From: the human T2T-CHM13v2.0 reference genome, Homo sapiens
NCBI RefSeq assembly: GCF_009914755.1
Contig: NC_060937.1
Reading direction: 5' to 3' (one strand)
Length of the DNA stretch: 64,000 nucleotides
Shown here piece after piece: positions 14,380-27,039 of the stretch. Each line of letters starts with the position of its first letter. Position 1 is the stretch's first letter. A program made the position numbers and the translations under genes. The notes beneath the pieces were generated by a model that was not told where the DNA came from, made no database searches, and saw only the letters and a list, made by a program, of their open reading frames with translations.

Positions 14380-16860
14380 CGGCTGTGTGTACACTAGTCA
14401 GCTTCCGGGATGTGACTAGAGCAGAGTTTGAAGAATCCTTAAGCTTCAGCCATGCTTAGACTGACCAGCCTCCAGTGTGGTCAGAGCAGGGCGGTTGTCC
14501 TTTTTACCGGTGGCTGAGATTTGCCATAGGGCTATTCGAGTGGGGCAATCTGGGTCTTGTTGGCTAATCCACAGGTTGTCATCAGGACTCGCTACTGTCA
14601 CTGGTTTTAGATGGCTATGGTGAATCCAAGGTGTGGCACCTGCAACTTTAACAGCAGTGGGAGTAGACATGATTACAATATGGCGCCTATCGTATATGGG
14701 TCCTAGAGTGGTTGAATTCCATTTTTTACCTAAACGAAGTCCCTAGGTTTGAAAGGGTGTACTGGGTCTGTTAGACTTATAGGCATTTTTTTACATACTT
14801 AACCATGCATTTTAGTATAGCCATACTTAAAGCCTGCATTTGCCTTCTTAAAGTTAGTTTTCCCAATTTACAGAGATTACCCTGAATCTGATTTTTCTGG
14901 GGGGTGGGCAGCTGAACAAAATCTCAGAGGGCGAATACTCAGTTTTTTGGTGGGGGTGCACCTGACTCATAAGAGGACCATGGGCAAGACCTGATATTAC
15001 TTCAGATGAGTTTTTCGACAAAATTTCTTCAACAGCTGCTTGAGTGTCCAGTTTATGCTCTCCACTTTACCTGAGATCTGCTACCTGTAGGCTGTATGTT
15101 ATTTCCATTTTATTTTTAATAGTCGAGTTAAGTCCTGAACTATTTTAGCCACAAATGTTGGTCCATTCTCTGATCTTAGAGTTAGAGGCAGCCCAAATCT
15201 GGGAACAATGTCTCTTAACGCCTTGGTCATGTCTAGTGCCCTCTCTGTCCTGGTGGGAAAGGCCTTGAGCTATCCTGAAAAGGTGCAAATGAACACCAAT
15301 ATGTACTGATAGCCCCCGTCTCAGGGTCATTCAGTGAAGTCCATAAGCAGATTTTCACAGGGCATGGCTCCTTTTTCCTGAACTCCCATGGGCCGAGTAG
15401 GATCTTGTCGTGGATTGTTCTGAGTGTAAGTTAAACACAGTTTACAAATGGCCCGAGTAATAGCAATGAGCCATGGCAGATAAAAATGATGCCTTAATAA
15501 TGTCTTTATTTTTTTTTTAATCTGAGTTCGGTGGTGGAATTGTTTTACAAATCTGGGGGTCACCATTTCAGGTATGGCTAGCCTCCCATTGAAGAATTTG
15601 TATTATCCTCTTTCAATGTAGTTCTTATTTTCCTGGGGAAGCCAAGCTCTGTTATTTGGAGTGAAGATTGGGATCTCCAGGAGGGGAATCTCCGGGAGGA
15701 GAGTCATAGCTAAGGCGTCTTCTTTAGGTGGAGTTGTCATTGCAGCCTTCTTTGCCTCTTTGCCTTCGTATCTTTTTTAGCCCTTAGTGTTCTTGCTTTT
15801 TGCTGCCTCTTGCAGGACTTCACTACCGTCACTTTTGGGGCCCATACAGCGTTTAAGAGCTGTAGAATTTCTTCCTTGTACTTTATTTCTTTGTTTCCAG
15901 CAGTTAAAAGTCTTCTTTTTTTCTTTGTAAATAACCTTATGAACATGCAAAGTGGCAGAAGCATATTTGGAACCTGTATAAATATTGGTCTTTTGGTCTT
16001 TTGCTAGCCAGAGAACTCTTGTCAGAGCTCTTAGTTCTGCTTTCTAATCAGAAGTTTCTGTAGATGAAGACTGCACCTCTACTGTTGAGTCTAAAGTCAC
16101 CACTGCATACGCAGCTTGGCGGGCTCCTTTTAGTATGAAACTGCTTCCATCAGTAGAATATTCAATGTTTGGGTCCCTGAGGGACTGATCTGTCAAATCT
16201 CTCTGGCTTGAGAACACTTCATCTACCACGTCCACACCACAATGAAACGGTCCTCCTGGCACTGACTCGATGAGAGTAAGGTAGCCGGATTTAGGGTATT
16301 CACAGTCTCTAAAGTTAGTTTACTAGCTTCCTGCACCAGTACGGCAGTGGCTGCTAGTGCTTTAAGACAAGGAGGCCATCCAAGTGCAACAGAATCTAAT
16401 TGCCTGGATAAATATGCCACCAGGCGATGCCATGACCTTATGGCTTGAGTCAGAACCCCTATGGCCTCCCTTTCACTTGTGCACATACAAGAAGAAAAGC
16501 TTGATTAGTTAGATCTGGCAGTCCTAAAGCTGGGGCCTGAGTCAAGGCTTCTTTGATTGCTTTAAAATCCTTCTCCTCTTTGGCCTCCTAGAGGAGGGGC
16601 TCCTTTTTTCCTCCTCTTAGTGGCTTGGTATGATGGCTTGACCATGAGCAAGAAATTTGGGTTGTAAACGCGGCAGAACCTTGCTGCTCTTAGAAACTCT
16701 CTTACTTGACACCGGGTGGTTGGAGTAGAAAGTGCACAAACAGCCTGCTTTTTTTCAGGACTAAGCCATCTTTCCTCTTGGCTTATATAAAAGCTTAAAT
16801 ATTGACACTTTTAGAGGAGATTTGAGCTTTTTTCTGGCACTTTTTATTCTGCCTTCTACA
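14380..16860 (-). pseudogene. pol: ERV pol pseudogene (RT C-terminus, RNase H, integrase)
   Basis: [32 protein letters not shown], the HHCC region, LLMDFTE and TPTAVKVAGATPWIHHSHLKP. Confidence 0.9.
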
Positions 16861-16989
16861 GCAGGTGCAGTGGTTCTTGGGTTTCTTCTGCGTGTAGTAG
16901 CCCTTGGCTGGTGTGTGTGTGTGATTTTTTGGTTCTGTTTTTTTGGGTTTTTTTGGTTTGTTTTTTGTTTCTTTTACTATTGCCCTGAT

Positions 16990-18258
16990 CATTTTCATTA
17001 TTTCTTTGACATTTATGCTTCCAGTGTCTTTCCTTTTGCACCATGCACATTAATCTCTCTCTAGCCTCGGCTGGCCTTCACACTCCTGTCCAGACTAGCC
17101 TTTTTCATGACTACGTTCACGCTCGCGTCCATGCCTCCTTGTAAAGCCAGCTCCTCTTCCCGGAAGGGCTGCTGCTAGTAAGTTAGCCTTTCTTAAGCCT
17201 GTGATCAGCCTTTTCCTTTGCCTCCTCATCTCGGTTAATTAACACCTTGGTTGTCACTTTAATAAGCTGAGTAGCATTCACGCCTACGGAGCTTGTAACT
17301 TCTGCAATTTATGCCTGATATCTCCTTGGGTCTGCCTTACAAGTGCTGGATTCACCCTGCACTGATTTTTGAGTAGCCTCAGGGTTAAACGGAGTGTACA
17401 ATAAAAATGCCTCACAAAGTCTTTCATAGAACTTGCTGTGCTTTTATCTGCACCCTGAAGCATGTCTGAGATTTTTTAAAATATTGATTGCCTTTTTCTT
17501 TTACCATCCTTTAGCCTTTGCAGATGGGCTTCTCGGCACCTTTGCAGGTGCTGAATCTGGACTGCATCATCTGGGTCTTAGTGGGGGTCCTCCTGTCCTC
17601 TTAAGAGGCATGAGCATATCTTATGCACGACCAGACCTGAGACGGCCTGCCTGATTTTCGCTCTCATTTCACCTTCTCGGGTGAGACTGGCAGCATGTAT
17701 CCATTTGAACTTAACTCCTTAGGGACAGTTACCTTGGTAAAGGGGGTAGATTGGAATGTAAGGAGGAGCGGTCTCTATTCTTTTCTGTGGTTGTGACAAA
17801 ACCGGTTTTTCTGCCTTTTCTGAGATTTTTTCATTTGTCTTCAGCTGCTGGGGCAGCTGATTTTACTTTCACTTTTGGCTGGGAGGTGCTACAAGCCTCT
17901 GTGTCTCCTTTTAACTCTGTAGCTGCCAGAGCAGCTGATTTTCTCTTGCCGTGAGCTGCGAGCATTCTACAGTAAACTGCTAGGCAGGGCTGCATTCATT
18001 TAGCCATGAGTCAATATAAAGACTAGGTCTGAATGTCCTGGCTGTTCTCTGACCCTAGTCACCACCTTAAAACACACGGCCAATTTTTCTATAGTGCCTT
18101 TGGCAAGCCATCTGACACTAAAACAGGGCTATTCTAATTCACAGTATGTCCTTAACTTTTGAACACTCAGTTTCATCCTATAATCACCTCTAACTCTTTT
18201 TTTAAAATTCTTTATTATGCTTTTCAAAGGAGCCACTTTTGATGTTTTCACTCTCATT
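16990..18258 (-). pseudogene. gag: ERV gag pseudogene
   Basis: Matrix-like start (...KLRTYCELE...) near 18258-18100; frameshifted zinc knuckle (CAWC...HWKHKC) at about 17005-17050. Confidence 0.75.
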
Positions 18259-18514
18259 TCCTCTCTTGCAGTTCACTTTCACTCTGACTTTCACTCTTGA
18301 GTCCACCAGACCTGGTCCTATTGCGGGAGTTTCAGATGCTGCTTAGCCAGGACCATGCCTTCCCCTGTCGCAGACTGCTGCAGCTGTAAAGCTGGTACTA
18401 TCAGCCATATGAAGCATCTTAGGTCTGATTTTCCCCACATTCGCCTCAGAGCACACAGCCACCACTAAGGGATCTGTGCCTCCCCATGTCGCTGCCCACA
18501 TTGGCCTCTCCCAA

Positions 18515-18956
18515 TGTAACAGGAAGAGCGGCAGACAAAACCCCTTGGACACTGAGTTAAAGAAAGAAGGTGTTTATTCACCTGGGAGCTTCAGCAAGAC
18601 TTCTTTCCCAAGAGCTGAACCCTCCGAGTGAGCAATTCCTGTCCCTTTTAAGGGCTCACAACTCTAAGGGGGTCCGCATGAGAGGGTCACGATCTATTGA
18701 GCAAGCAGTGGGTATGTGACTGGGGGCTGCATACACTGGTAATTAGAAAGGTACTGAACAGGACAGGGATCTTCACAGTGCATTTTTTATGCAAATAACC
18801 GATTAGGTCAGGGGTTGACCTTTAACTACCAGGCCCAGGGTGTGGCGCTGGGCTGTCTGCTTGTGGATTTCATTTCTGCCTTCTAGTTTTTACTTCTTCT
18901 TTCTTTGGAGGCAGAAATTGGGTATAAGACAATATGAGGTTTGGTCTCCTCCCTTA
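18515..18956 (-). mobile_element. LTR2 (HERV-E LTR), complete
   Basis: Minus strand TAAGGGAGGAGACC...CCCTTAAAAGGGACAGGAATTGCTCACTCGG...AATAAA...CCTGTTACA matches the recalled LTR2 consensus. Confidence 0.9.
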
Positions 18957-19341
18957 TTTTCCCCCTTTGAGACTCTCACTCATTTTATTAGTGGGAGTTC
19001 TCACCTTCTTCCTCACTACCTATGTCTTCCTCTATCACAGATTGATAGTGATTCATGTAGTACACTCGTGCTGAAGCGTTCTGGTGAACTAGAGTTGCCA
19101 TGAAAACTTTTACCACTTGAATGAGTACAGCTAGTAAGCAAGAGATCAGTAAGCAGGTTCCTATTACTACTATAGTTTCCATTATAAGAGTTTTAAATCC
19201 TTCTAGTGCCGGGAACCATTTTCAAACATGGCCTCAGTGTCAAATCGGTGCCACACTTGTACTGGCACATGTGCCAGTTTCATCATGTCTTTAACTATAT
19301 CTTCGACTACTTGCCCCTGATCATCTATGTGCAGACAGCAA
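18957..19341 (-). pseudogene. env: HERV-E env 3' end with polypurine tract
   Basis: CCLHIDDQGQVVEDIV...LAHVPVQVW and the tail ...GSEEEGENSH*, followed by caaagggggaaaa directly before LTR2. Confidence 0.85.
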
Positions 19342-19669
19342 GTGGCCCTAATTACAGTCACTAAATTGGGCCTAATTACAGTCATAATCAATTTACTAAA
19401 ATAACCAGACAGCAAGACAGGTTTCCAAACATTGGCAAATGTTTCAGGGAGAAAAAAATGCCCCACTAGAGAAGCATGGTTGTATCTCTGTGTGTACATA
19501 CACACGGGGCCAGGCAGTTCTATGCATGATAGTCTGGGACTGTAAAAGTGACTATGCAAACCTTTACATTCTGTCACAGAACTTACAATTTAAAGTGAGC
19601 ATCTTTTTCTGTGACTTAGAAATTGACTTTTTTTTTTTTTAGTTGGGAGCCACTTTTAGCAATTTTCCC

Positions 19670-19930
19670 TTTGTTGATACATAATAATAGTATATATTTG
19701 TGGTGCATGAGTGATATTTTGATACATGCATGCAATGTACAGTGATGAAATCAGGGTAATTAGAATATCCATCACCTCAAACATGGATATTATTTTCTTT
19801 GTGTTTGAAAAATTTCCTTTGTGTTGGGAGAATTTAAAGCCATCTCTTCTATCTATTTTAAAATATATTAAAAATTAGTGCTAACTGTAGTTATCCTACT
19901 GTGCTGTCAGACACTAGAAATTATTCCTCC
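19670..19930 (-). mobile_element. L1MA 3' UTR fragment
   Basis: ttttgatacatgca...tcagggtaattagaatatccatcacctcaaacat. Confidence 0.7.
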
Positions 19931-21659
19931 TATGATAAAAAGTTTAGGCTGTATCCCATGGGTAGTAGGACACCACATGACTGAGTGGTCATCTGGGAAA
20001 TTATCTGGATGACTTTGGAACATTCCTGGTTGAGCCAGGTGGCTGTTGCAACAAACTGTGGGGAAGCCCCTCCCCTAATGCCCCCTAAGCCAGCTGTCAC
20101 TACATGGCAGGAAACCTCCAAACCTGAGGGCCCCAGGAAACAATGACAGTCCCCACTCACATGCAACTTGTGCTGTGCTCAGTGCCCTCCACATTGAGCC
20201 TGATCTAGCTTTACCCGAGGGCTGTGAGGTGGGACAATCAGTATCCCTTTATTTTAAAAGGCTCAGTGAAGTTTTGGGCTTAATGTGAGTGAAGTGATCC
20301 TAAAAGCTGACTCTGGGATCCCGGCTCCACCACTGACCAGTCCTGCAGGTGTCGAGAGTTGCCTCTCCTCCCCTCGATTTCATTTTGTCCTCTGTGAAGT
20401 GCAGCCGTGCTGATGACTCACATATCAGGGATACATGGGAACTGTCAATGAACGGAGTGCTCTACACAGTGCCTGGAGCTCAGAATGCAGATGAGGGAGG
20501 AGGGTGAGCCATAATTCTGAGGGAAGTCCCAACATAATTTAGCCCTTCCATCTAGTAGCCGGGCCCCAGTACAGAGTCCTATGTCAGTGACAGGGCAAAC
20601 TGAGACCAGCTCAAACACAGCCTCTTCCTCAGCAGCAGGGCCCAACTAAGGCACTTGGTGTTTTGGTTCATTTCCTGCAGCTTCAATGTAAAGAATATTG
20701 TGAGACATTTGCTGGAACAACTGAAAATCAGAAGAAGAAGAGACAGCTCTTCTCCATCTCCCTGAGAGCTCTTCCCCAGAATGTGTTTATCCAGAGAGGA
20801 GGGGAAATATTTATTTTTCGTAAATAGTAAATGCTAGAGTCGAATATTATATGAAAATCTCATTCTACTACAAAATCGGAGTTGTGGTTGTGGTTCTTTT
20901 TATTTCACTTGTGTAAGCTTAAATGAGATACAGACTCTAACATTTCTCCTTGAATTATGAAATCCTAAAGAGTCGGCAGCATAATGTATGAGGAAGAAGA
21001 GAAAAGCAGTCATAGTTTCTGGCTGCCGGATAAGACACCCAGGTCCATTTTTCTCAGAGCATATGTTCATTTTAATATTAACCCAAGGAAAGAGTGAAGA
21101 TAGATCATTCGAACTTGCAGAATTAATAATTTGAAGGTATTTTCACAAAGCATAGCGACAGTCTTGGAAATATAGATTTCTTTAAAAAGCAGTTGCAGAG
21201 ATCAGGAGGATGAATACCTTTCTATGATTTTACAAAAAATAAATCAACTTCTGCTTCACTTGCTGAGGTTTCCTCTAAGCAACTATTAGGACATTGTTGT
21301 TTTTTCTTCCAACTCTGGAGTTGCATCAGGTCTATGTGGAAAAAAACATTATAAAATAAAATGACCAAAGTCAAAAGGAGAAGGCCAGGGAAAGTCTATT
21401 GACAATGGATGCAGGGCAGAAAGGAAGCTGCATTCTCAATCTTCTTCTGGTGTCCTGTGATTGAGCCTTTACCTTAGATGTAAATCCTCCCAGAGTTTTG
21501 TCTCTTACCTTAGAATATCTATTCTTTTTTTAAGTTAGTTTCTTATCTAGAATGAAAGAATTGTAATGCCACTTTATGGCTACACCTGGGCCTTATTCTG
21601 TAAATATTTTTACTACCTATGAGGTAAAATTCCCAGCATTAGGGCAATTCTTTATCCAA

Positions 21660-21957
21660 TTTTTTCTTTCTGAGACAGAGTCTTGCTGTGTCACCCAGGC
21701 TGGAGTACATTGGTACAATCTTGGCTCACTGCGATCTCCACCTCCTGGGTTCAAGAGATTCTGCTGCCTCAGGCTTCTGTGTAGCTGAGATTACAGGCAC
21801 CCAGCTTCATGTCCAGCTAATTTTTGTACGTTTAGTATGTTCAGCAAATTTTGTATTTTTAGTTTCACTATGTTTGTCAGGCTGGTCTTGAACTCCTGAC
21901 CTCCAATAATCTGCCCGCCTTGGCCTTCCAAAGTGCTGGAATTACAGGTGTGAACCA
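21660..21957 (-). mobile_element. Alu
   Basis: Dimeric Alu in reverse orientation. Confidence 0.9.
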
Positions 21958-22852
21958 ATTTTTTTTGAGGAATAAATTACCTAAAGGTCCTCAAGCCTTT
22001 CTGTCAGGCATATCTTGGCCTTTTCTCTCTGACTGGGGTCCGATGAATCACAGGTGGGCACTATTTTTCTATATTCCCAACCAGTGATAATCCTTGCGCT
22101 CTTTATTTCTAATTAAAAGAAATCCAAAATGGAGATAGTTATTTGAGAGGTCTCTAAAGACAACTAGGAGGACATGAGGAGTTGAATTAATACTCATACA
22201 CACCCAGGTGGAATTTTACCTGTTCGAACTGGGAAAATTACAGATGTCCTAAAAAGGCAACTGCATTTGACTTGGATTGTTTATACTGAGCCTGATCACA
22301 AACCTCCTGAAGAGAAAGCTGTGCTGAATTAAGCTGATGATTGCCTAGATACAGTCTAAGCTGGCAATCAAACATTGTCCATCATAGACTGTGCTAAAAT
22401 CTTTCACTTGTGTAAACTTGCAGTAAAACTTTATAAGTCCCTCCCTAACCTCATCTGAATGGAACATGATATAGCTTCTTGCTAAATTTGTGTCTCCCAA
22501 ATAGCAATTTATAAAAAATCATGATTAAAATGCCTTTTATTTTATTTTCCACAGGGTCTGTTTTACTCCCATGTTATAAAATTCTTTTCTCAAGAAAGCA
22601 TAGAGCCCATTCTCTTCTCTAGAGAGAATCGCAGCCTTGCAAAAGAGACAACTAAAAATACATACATATAAGTAGCAAGAATTTAAAACTCAAAATATTA
22701 AATATGTTATAAAAGTATACAAGCAATAGAATAAATAGGATGAATAGCAAAATGGATAAAATCAACTGTGAGTTGAAAGCCTGAAAGTTCAGGTGAAGGT
22801 GTTGAAAATGCTTCAGAAAAAACTAAGGAGATAAATATTTATAAAAATAAAG

Positions 22853-23170
22853 AGCTGGGCTCAGTGGCTCACACTTGAAATTTCAGCTGCTAGGGATGCT
22901 GAGGCCAGAGGATCAATTAAGGCCAGAAGTTTGAGACAAGCCTAAGCAAGACCTTGTCACTGAAAATGTTTTAAAAATTATTTTGACATTATAGCATGTA
23001 ACTGTGGTCTCAACTACTTAGAAGGCTGAGGCAGGAGGATTACTTGAACTCAGGAAGTTGAGGTTACAGTGAACTATAATCATGCTACCGTACTCCAGCC
23101 TGGAGTGAGGCAAAATCTAGTCACATTAAAATAAAATAAAACAAAACAAAATAAAATAAAATAAAATATA
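22853..23170 (+). mobile_element. Alu (AluJ-like, diverged) with (AAAAT)n tail
   Basis: gctgggctcagtggctcacac...actccagcctgg. Confidence 0.85.
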
Positions 23171-24329
23171 ATATAATCTAGTCACGTTAAAATAAAGTAC
23201 AATTATCAAGGACAAAAATAAAATTGTACAACTTGGCAATAGAAAAAAAATAGAGCATAGAGCAACTGGGGGAAAGGGGGTTGAAAGTATAATTTCCTTT
23301 TTATTTCCTTAGTTGGTCATTACTTAGACTTTTTCACTTAATTAAAATTTTCTTATACTTTGGTGCCCAGTTAACCCCAGAGCATTTTTAATTAATTGGT
23401 TTAGAGGTAGATACTCATATAAGCTTTCCACTGCAAATTACAAGAGCCAAATTTTAAATAAATGTTGGACCTCTAAATTTTCTATTTGCAATATTTAAGG
23501 AAATAAAAATTATAAAAAACACTTTGTAAAACATTTAGTATGTAACTGCTGTTTCTAACGTATAATAAATCCAATTATGGCAGAGACTCACTCTGTTGTT
23601 GAGAATCTCTCCATTATATGACTGCTGCTTGTGGTGCTTAAACCTCAGGAAGAAAGAATATATGAATGTCTGAACATTGCTTTAAAAAGACAATGTACAT
23701 TTAATGTAGAGATATGTGACCAGCTTAGAAAGCTGCACTTTTTCCACAGCAGGCAAACCAGAGCCTGGATACCCCAGGGTCACAGCTCATGAGAACATAG
23801 GGCTGGACTGTGAGAAAACAAGAAGCAATTAGTGCAGAGGAGTTGACAAGACACCAACTGGGCTGAGAAAAAAGAGCTGATAGATTAATTTCCAAATTAT
23901 ACTACAAAACATACAATAAGCAGACCCCATAGCTTTATACATTAAAACCAAATGATGACAAAGAGTGAGGATTGCATTAAATTAAATTAGGAGCAACTAA
24001 AGACTGGTTTATGATCTTGAAACTTTAGTCACTCTCCATAGTTCCATCCCATGACCCGGTAATTATTTCCTGCTTTCTGCATGCCTTGGACACTGGTCCA
24101 TTTCTGGCCCCAAAGTGTTCCTTTTTCTAATAGGAGTACTTACTTCATCTCTTAATACAATTCCTTTCCTTGCATACTGTGCCCCAAAGAAGAAATATTA
24201 AAAACTTTCCTGATGTTTTTCTGCTGCGGGGTTAATGGGCTCAGAGTGATGATAAGAACGGCCAATGAGTGTGTGGAGCCAGATAGTGCTTAAAATATGG
24301 ACTTCAGTCCAGTGAAGTCTAACAAGATT

Positions 24330-24845
24330 GGCACCTGAGCACTCTTCTCTGAGACCTGAGGATGGACTCACTGAACCTGGAGCTACTAACGCAGCTGATA
24401 CCCACATATATACACCACCTGTGTTCCTAGAAACTGGCCTTCCCAGCCCATCACAGCAAACACCAACACCAGCATGGAACGCTTGGGAGTCAGAGGTTTT
24501 TCTTGTCGTTGCTACTGCCATCATCCATGCCATAACCACTGTCCAGGGGCTCAAGAAGCTGCCCACCCACCTTGCTCACTGCTGACACCTGAGCAAATCA
24601 CATGAAGGCCAAATAATTAGTCTTCCTGGACCTGTTAACACTGCTGCCAGCATAACTGCCTTGAGACCCAAAAGCAGGCATGGTAAGCTCACCACTGCCA
24701 TCACTGGGATCCAATGACTAAACCTCTGGTGCCCCTATTCCCAGCAAAACTTTACCACAGCCTCTGCTAAAAACGATACCCTAAGCCGCTGAGAAAGGTA
24801 CAGACACCACTGATACTCTTTAGAGCCAAAGAAATCATATAAAGA
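24330..24845 (+). mobile_element. Old L1M 5' UTR fragment
   Basis: cccagcaaaactttaccacagcctc...ccctaagcc...gacaccactgat resembles recalled L1M2/M3 5' ends. Confidence 0.5.
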
Positions 24846-24847
24846 CA

Positions 24848-25128
24848 GGCCGGGTATTGTGGCTCATGCCTGTAATTCCAGCACTTTGGGAGGCCAAGGC
24901 CAGTGGCTCGCTTGAGGCTAAGAGTATGATACCAACCTGGGGAACATGGCAAAACCCTGACTCTACTAAAAACACACAAATTTGCTGGGCATAGTGGTAG
25001 GCACCTGTAATCCCAGCTACTTGGGAGACTGAGGCACGAGAATCGCCTGAACTCAGAGGTGGAGCCTACAGTGAGCCGAGATAGTGCCACTACACTCCAT
25101 CCTGGGCAACAGAGCAAGGTTCTATCTT
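24848..25128 (+). mobile_element. Alu
   Basis: ggccgggtattgtggctcatgcctgtaattccagc, both arms present. Confidence 0.9.
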
Positions 25129-26064
25129 AAAATATATACACATACAGAGTTTAAAGTCTGTGCTCTCCTCTCCTCAGCTGCCTTGTGACTGTGTAAGTGT
25201 ATGTTTGGGAAGGGAGGGATAGGATGAGGACAGGCCAGCAGAGAGTCACCAGCACTGGCTAAAGGTCTCAGACCAAATTTTATACTCTTGACCAGGAGAA
25301 ACTTCTCTGTTATTCTAATCACATTAAACTCAAGCATTTTCTTTTTTTCTTTCTTTTTTTTGAGAAATCACATCGAACTTCCAAAATTATAAAGTTGAAA
25401 ATATGTAATAATTGACAATTGGAAACAAGAAAGAGGATTAGCTATAAAAATAACTCAGGACAATGTATTTATCATGAAAAGATGGTCTTGGTGGAAGAAA
25501 GTTTCATGCCCAGCCAGCCCATTCTTCAATATCTGCTAAAAAAAAAAAGAGCAAAGGGAACTTAAAGACATCATAGACTTGGAAATTTCGTCTCACAGTG
25601 CATTAAATTCCCAAATCACATGTGGAAGAGAAGAAGCTGCTGCATATTAGACTAACTAGTTTTACTGAATGTTGTCTGTTGATTTAAAAATTAATACTCT
25701 TATCAAGAGCAAATTGAAATACTGAAAGTTATTTACTAAACAGCAAAGAATATTTTCAGTATATAAAAAGATTTAAAAAAACGTTGACACCTTAACTAAA
25801 TCTGACACAAATTTAAAAGGAAAAGTAACTAGAAAATGAAAGAAGCGTCGTACAAGTATGCGATGCACCCTCTGTTGCACCAACTGCTCCTGTTTGTTGA
25901 GTCCCCTCTTCTATTCTGCCTCCTCCATCTCCTTGCTGATTCCCCTTTTTGTCTATTTTAATTTCTCTCTCTATTCCTTTCTCAGGTCACCATGTCACAT
26001 TCCTTTTGTGTCTTTTGATGTCCAATCTCACCGACACCACCTTCATTCTCTATTTTATCTTTAC

Positions 26065-27039
26065 AAATGGTTAATTAGGCATAAAGAGGGAAAACACTCC
26101 TGGGAAGATACCTGAATCCTGGTGCACACTATCATTATCACTGTTTTTCATGTTGATGCTCATGTGTCTCTGCTTTCTCGACAGACTATTTAATCAGCAG
26201 ACAGATCAACAGGCCAAAATTTCCACCATAGTTGCAAATTTGAATGCGGATGAATGGATTAAAACACATTCAAGTCTTGCAATGAACGGCATAATGTATG
26301 GTGGTATAATTCAGAGTGGTTACAGGGGAGAGTTAAAGATCATTTTATACAATGTCACTCGAGAATCTTTTGCTGTAAAACTGCAGATGTGGGTTCCTCA
26401 ATTTTTAGTGGTACCTTGTCAACAATTAACCCCTGAGGATGTCTCTGCCCCAACAGAGGCTACATACAGAACTGGGAGATTCAGACGCACTGGTACACGT
26501 AGCTTAAATCCTGGAGCCAAAATATGAGTACAGCGTCCATCACATCCTACTCCTATGGCTGGTGAACTTGTAGCTATGGGAGAAGAAACTGAAGGCATAG
26601 TACAGTTTCCTAAAGATGAAAAACAATATTATGTTCCCCTCTGTTTTGGTTATTACAGAGAATAACCTGTTTACTAATGGTCAGTACCTGTGTCTCTGTG
26701 TCTGATGCCAAGAATAAATTCATCATCTGCATAGCCACCACTGCAACAGAAGCCAACTGCAGTCAATGTTGGCTATGCGTGGAATTGCCAGAGGCCACCA
26801 AAAATGGGCTACGTTGGAGAATCGTCCCTGTACCTTACTGCATACCGAATGTTGTGTGTATATCCCTGACAATTGTCACACTACGACTCTCCTTGCACAG
26901 CCATGGTGGGTGTGGTTTTCATTAACTGTGCTTTTAATTCTCCTGTGCTTACCCTGAGTCTGTAATCTGTATCAACTATGCTTTCCCCAAGTATCTGTAA
27001 GGGTATTTTCCTACAATTGAGTATCAAATTGAAGCCAAA
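26065..27039 (+). pseudogene. ERV-L class internal remnant (HERVL66-like): RNase H end, dUTPase, env-like fragments
   Basis: FHVDAH (RNase H); dUTPase motifs HSSLA, GGIIQSGYRGELKII, QFLVVP and TGRFRRTG in ORF 26150..26527; CSQCWLC and TECCVYIPD. Confidence 0.75.

Larger units (their letters stand above)
12233..18514 (-). mobile_element. Gammaretrovirus-like (ERV1, HERV15-like) internal region, defective gag-pol-env
   Basis: Colinear gag, RT end/RNase H, integrase and env remnants on the minus strand. Confidence 0.85.

Noticed and set aside
19930-21650. Possible exons of a cellular gene in non-repeat-looking DNA
   Set aside because: No recognisable protein similarity or consistent splice structure; contains MIR-like fragments.
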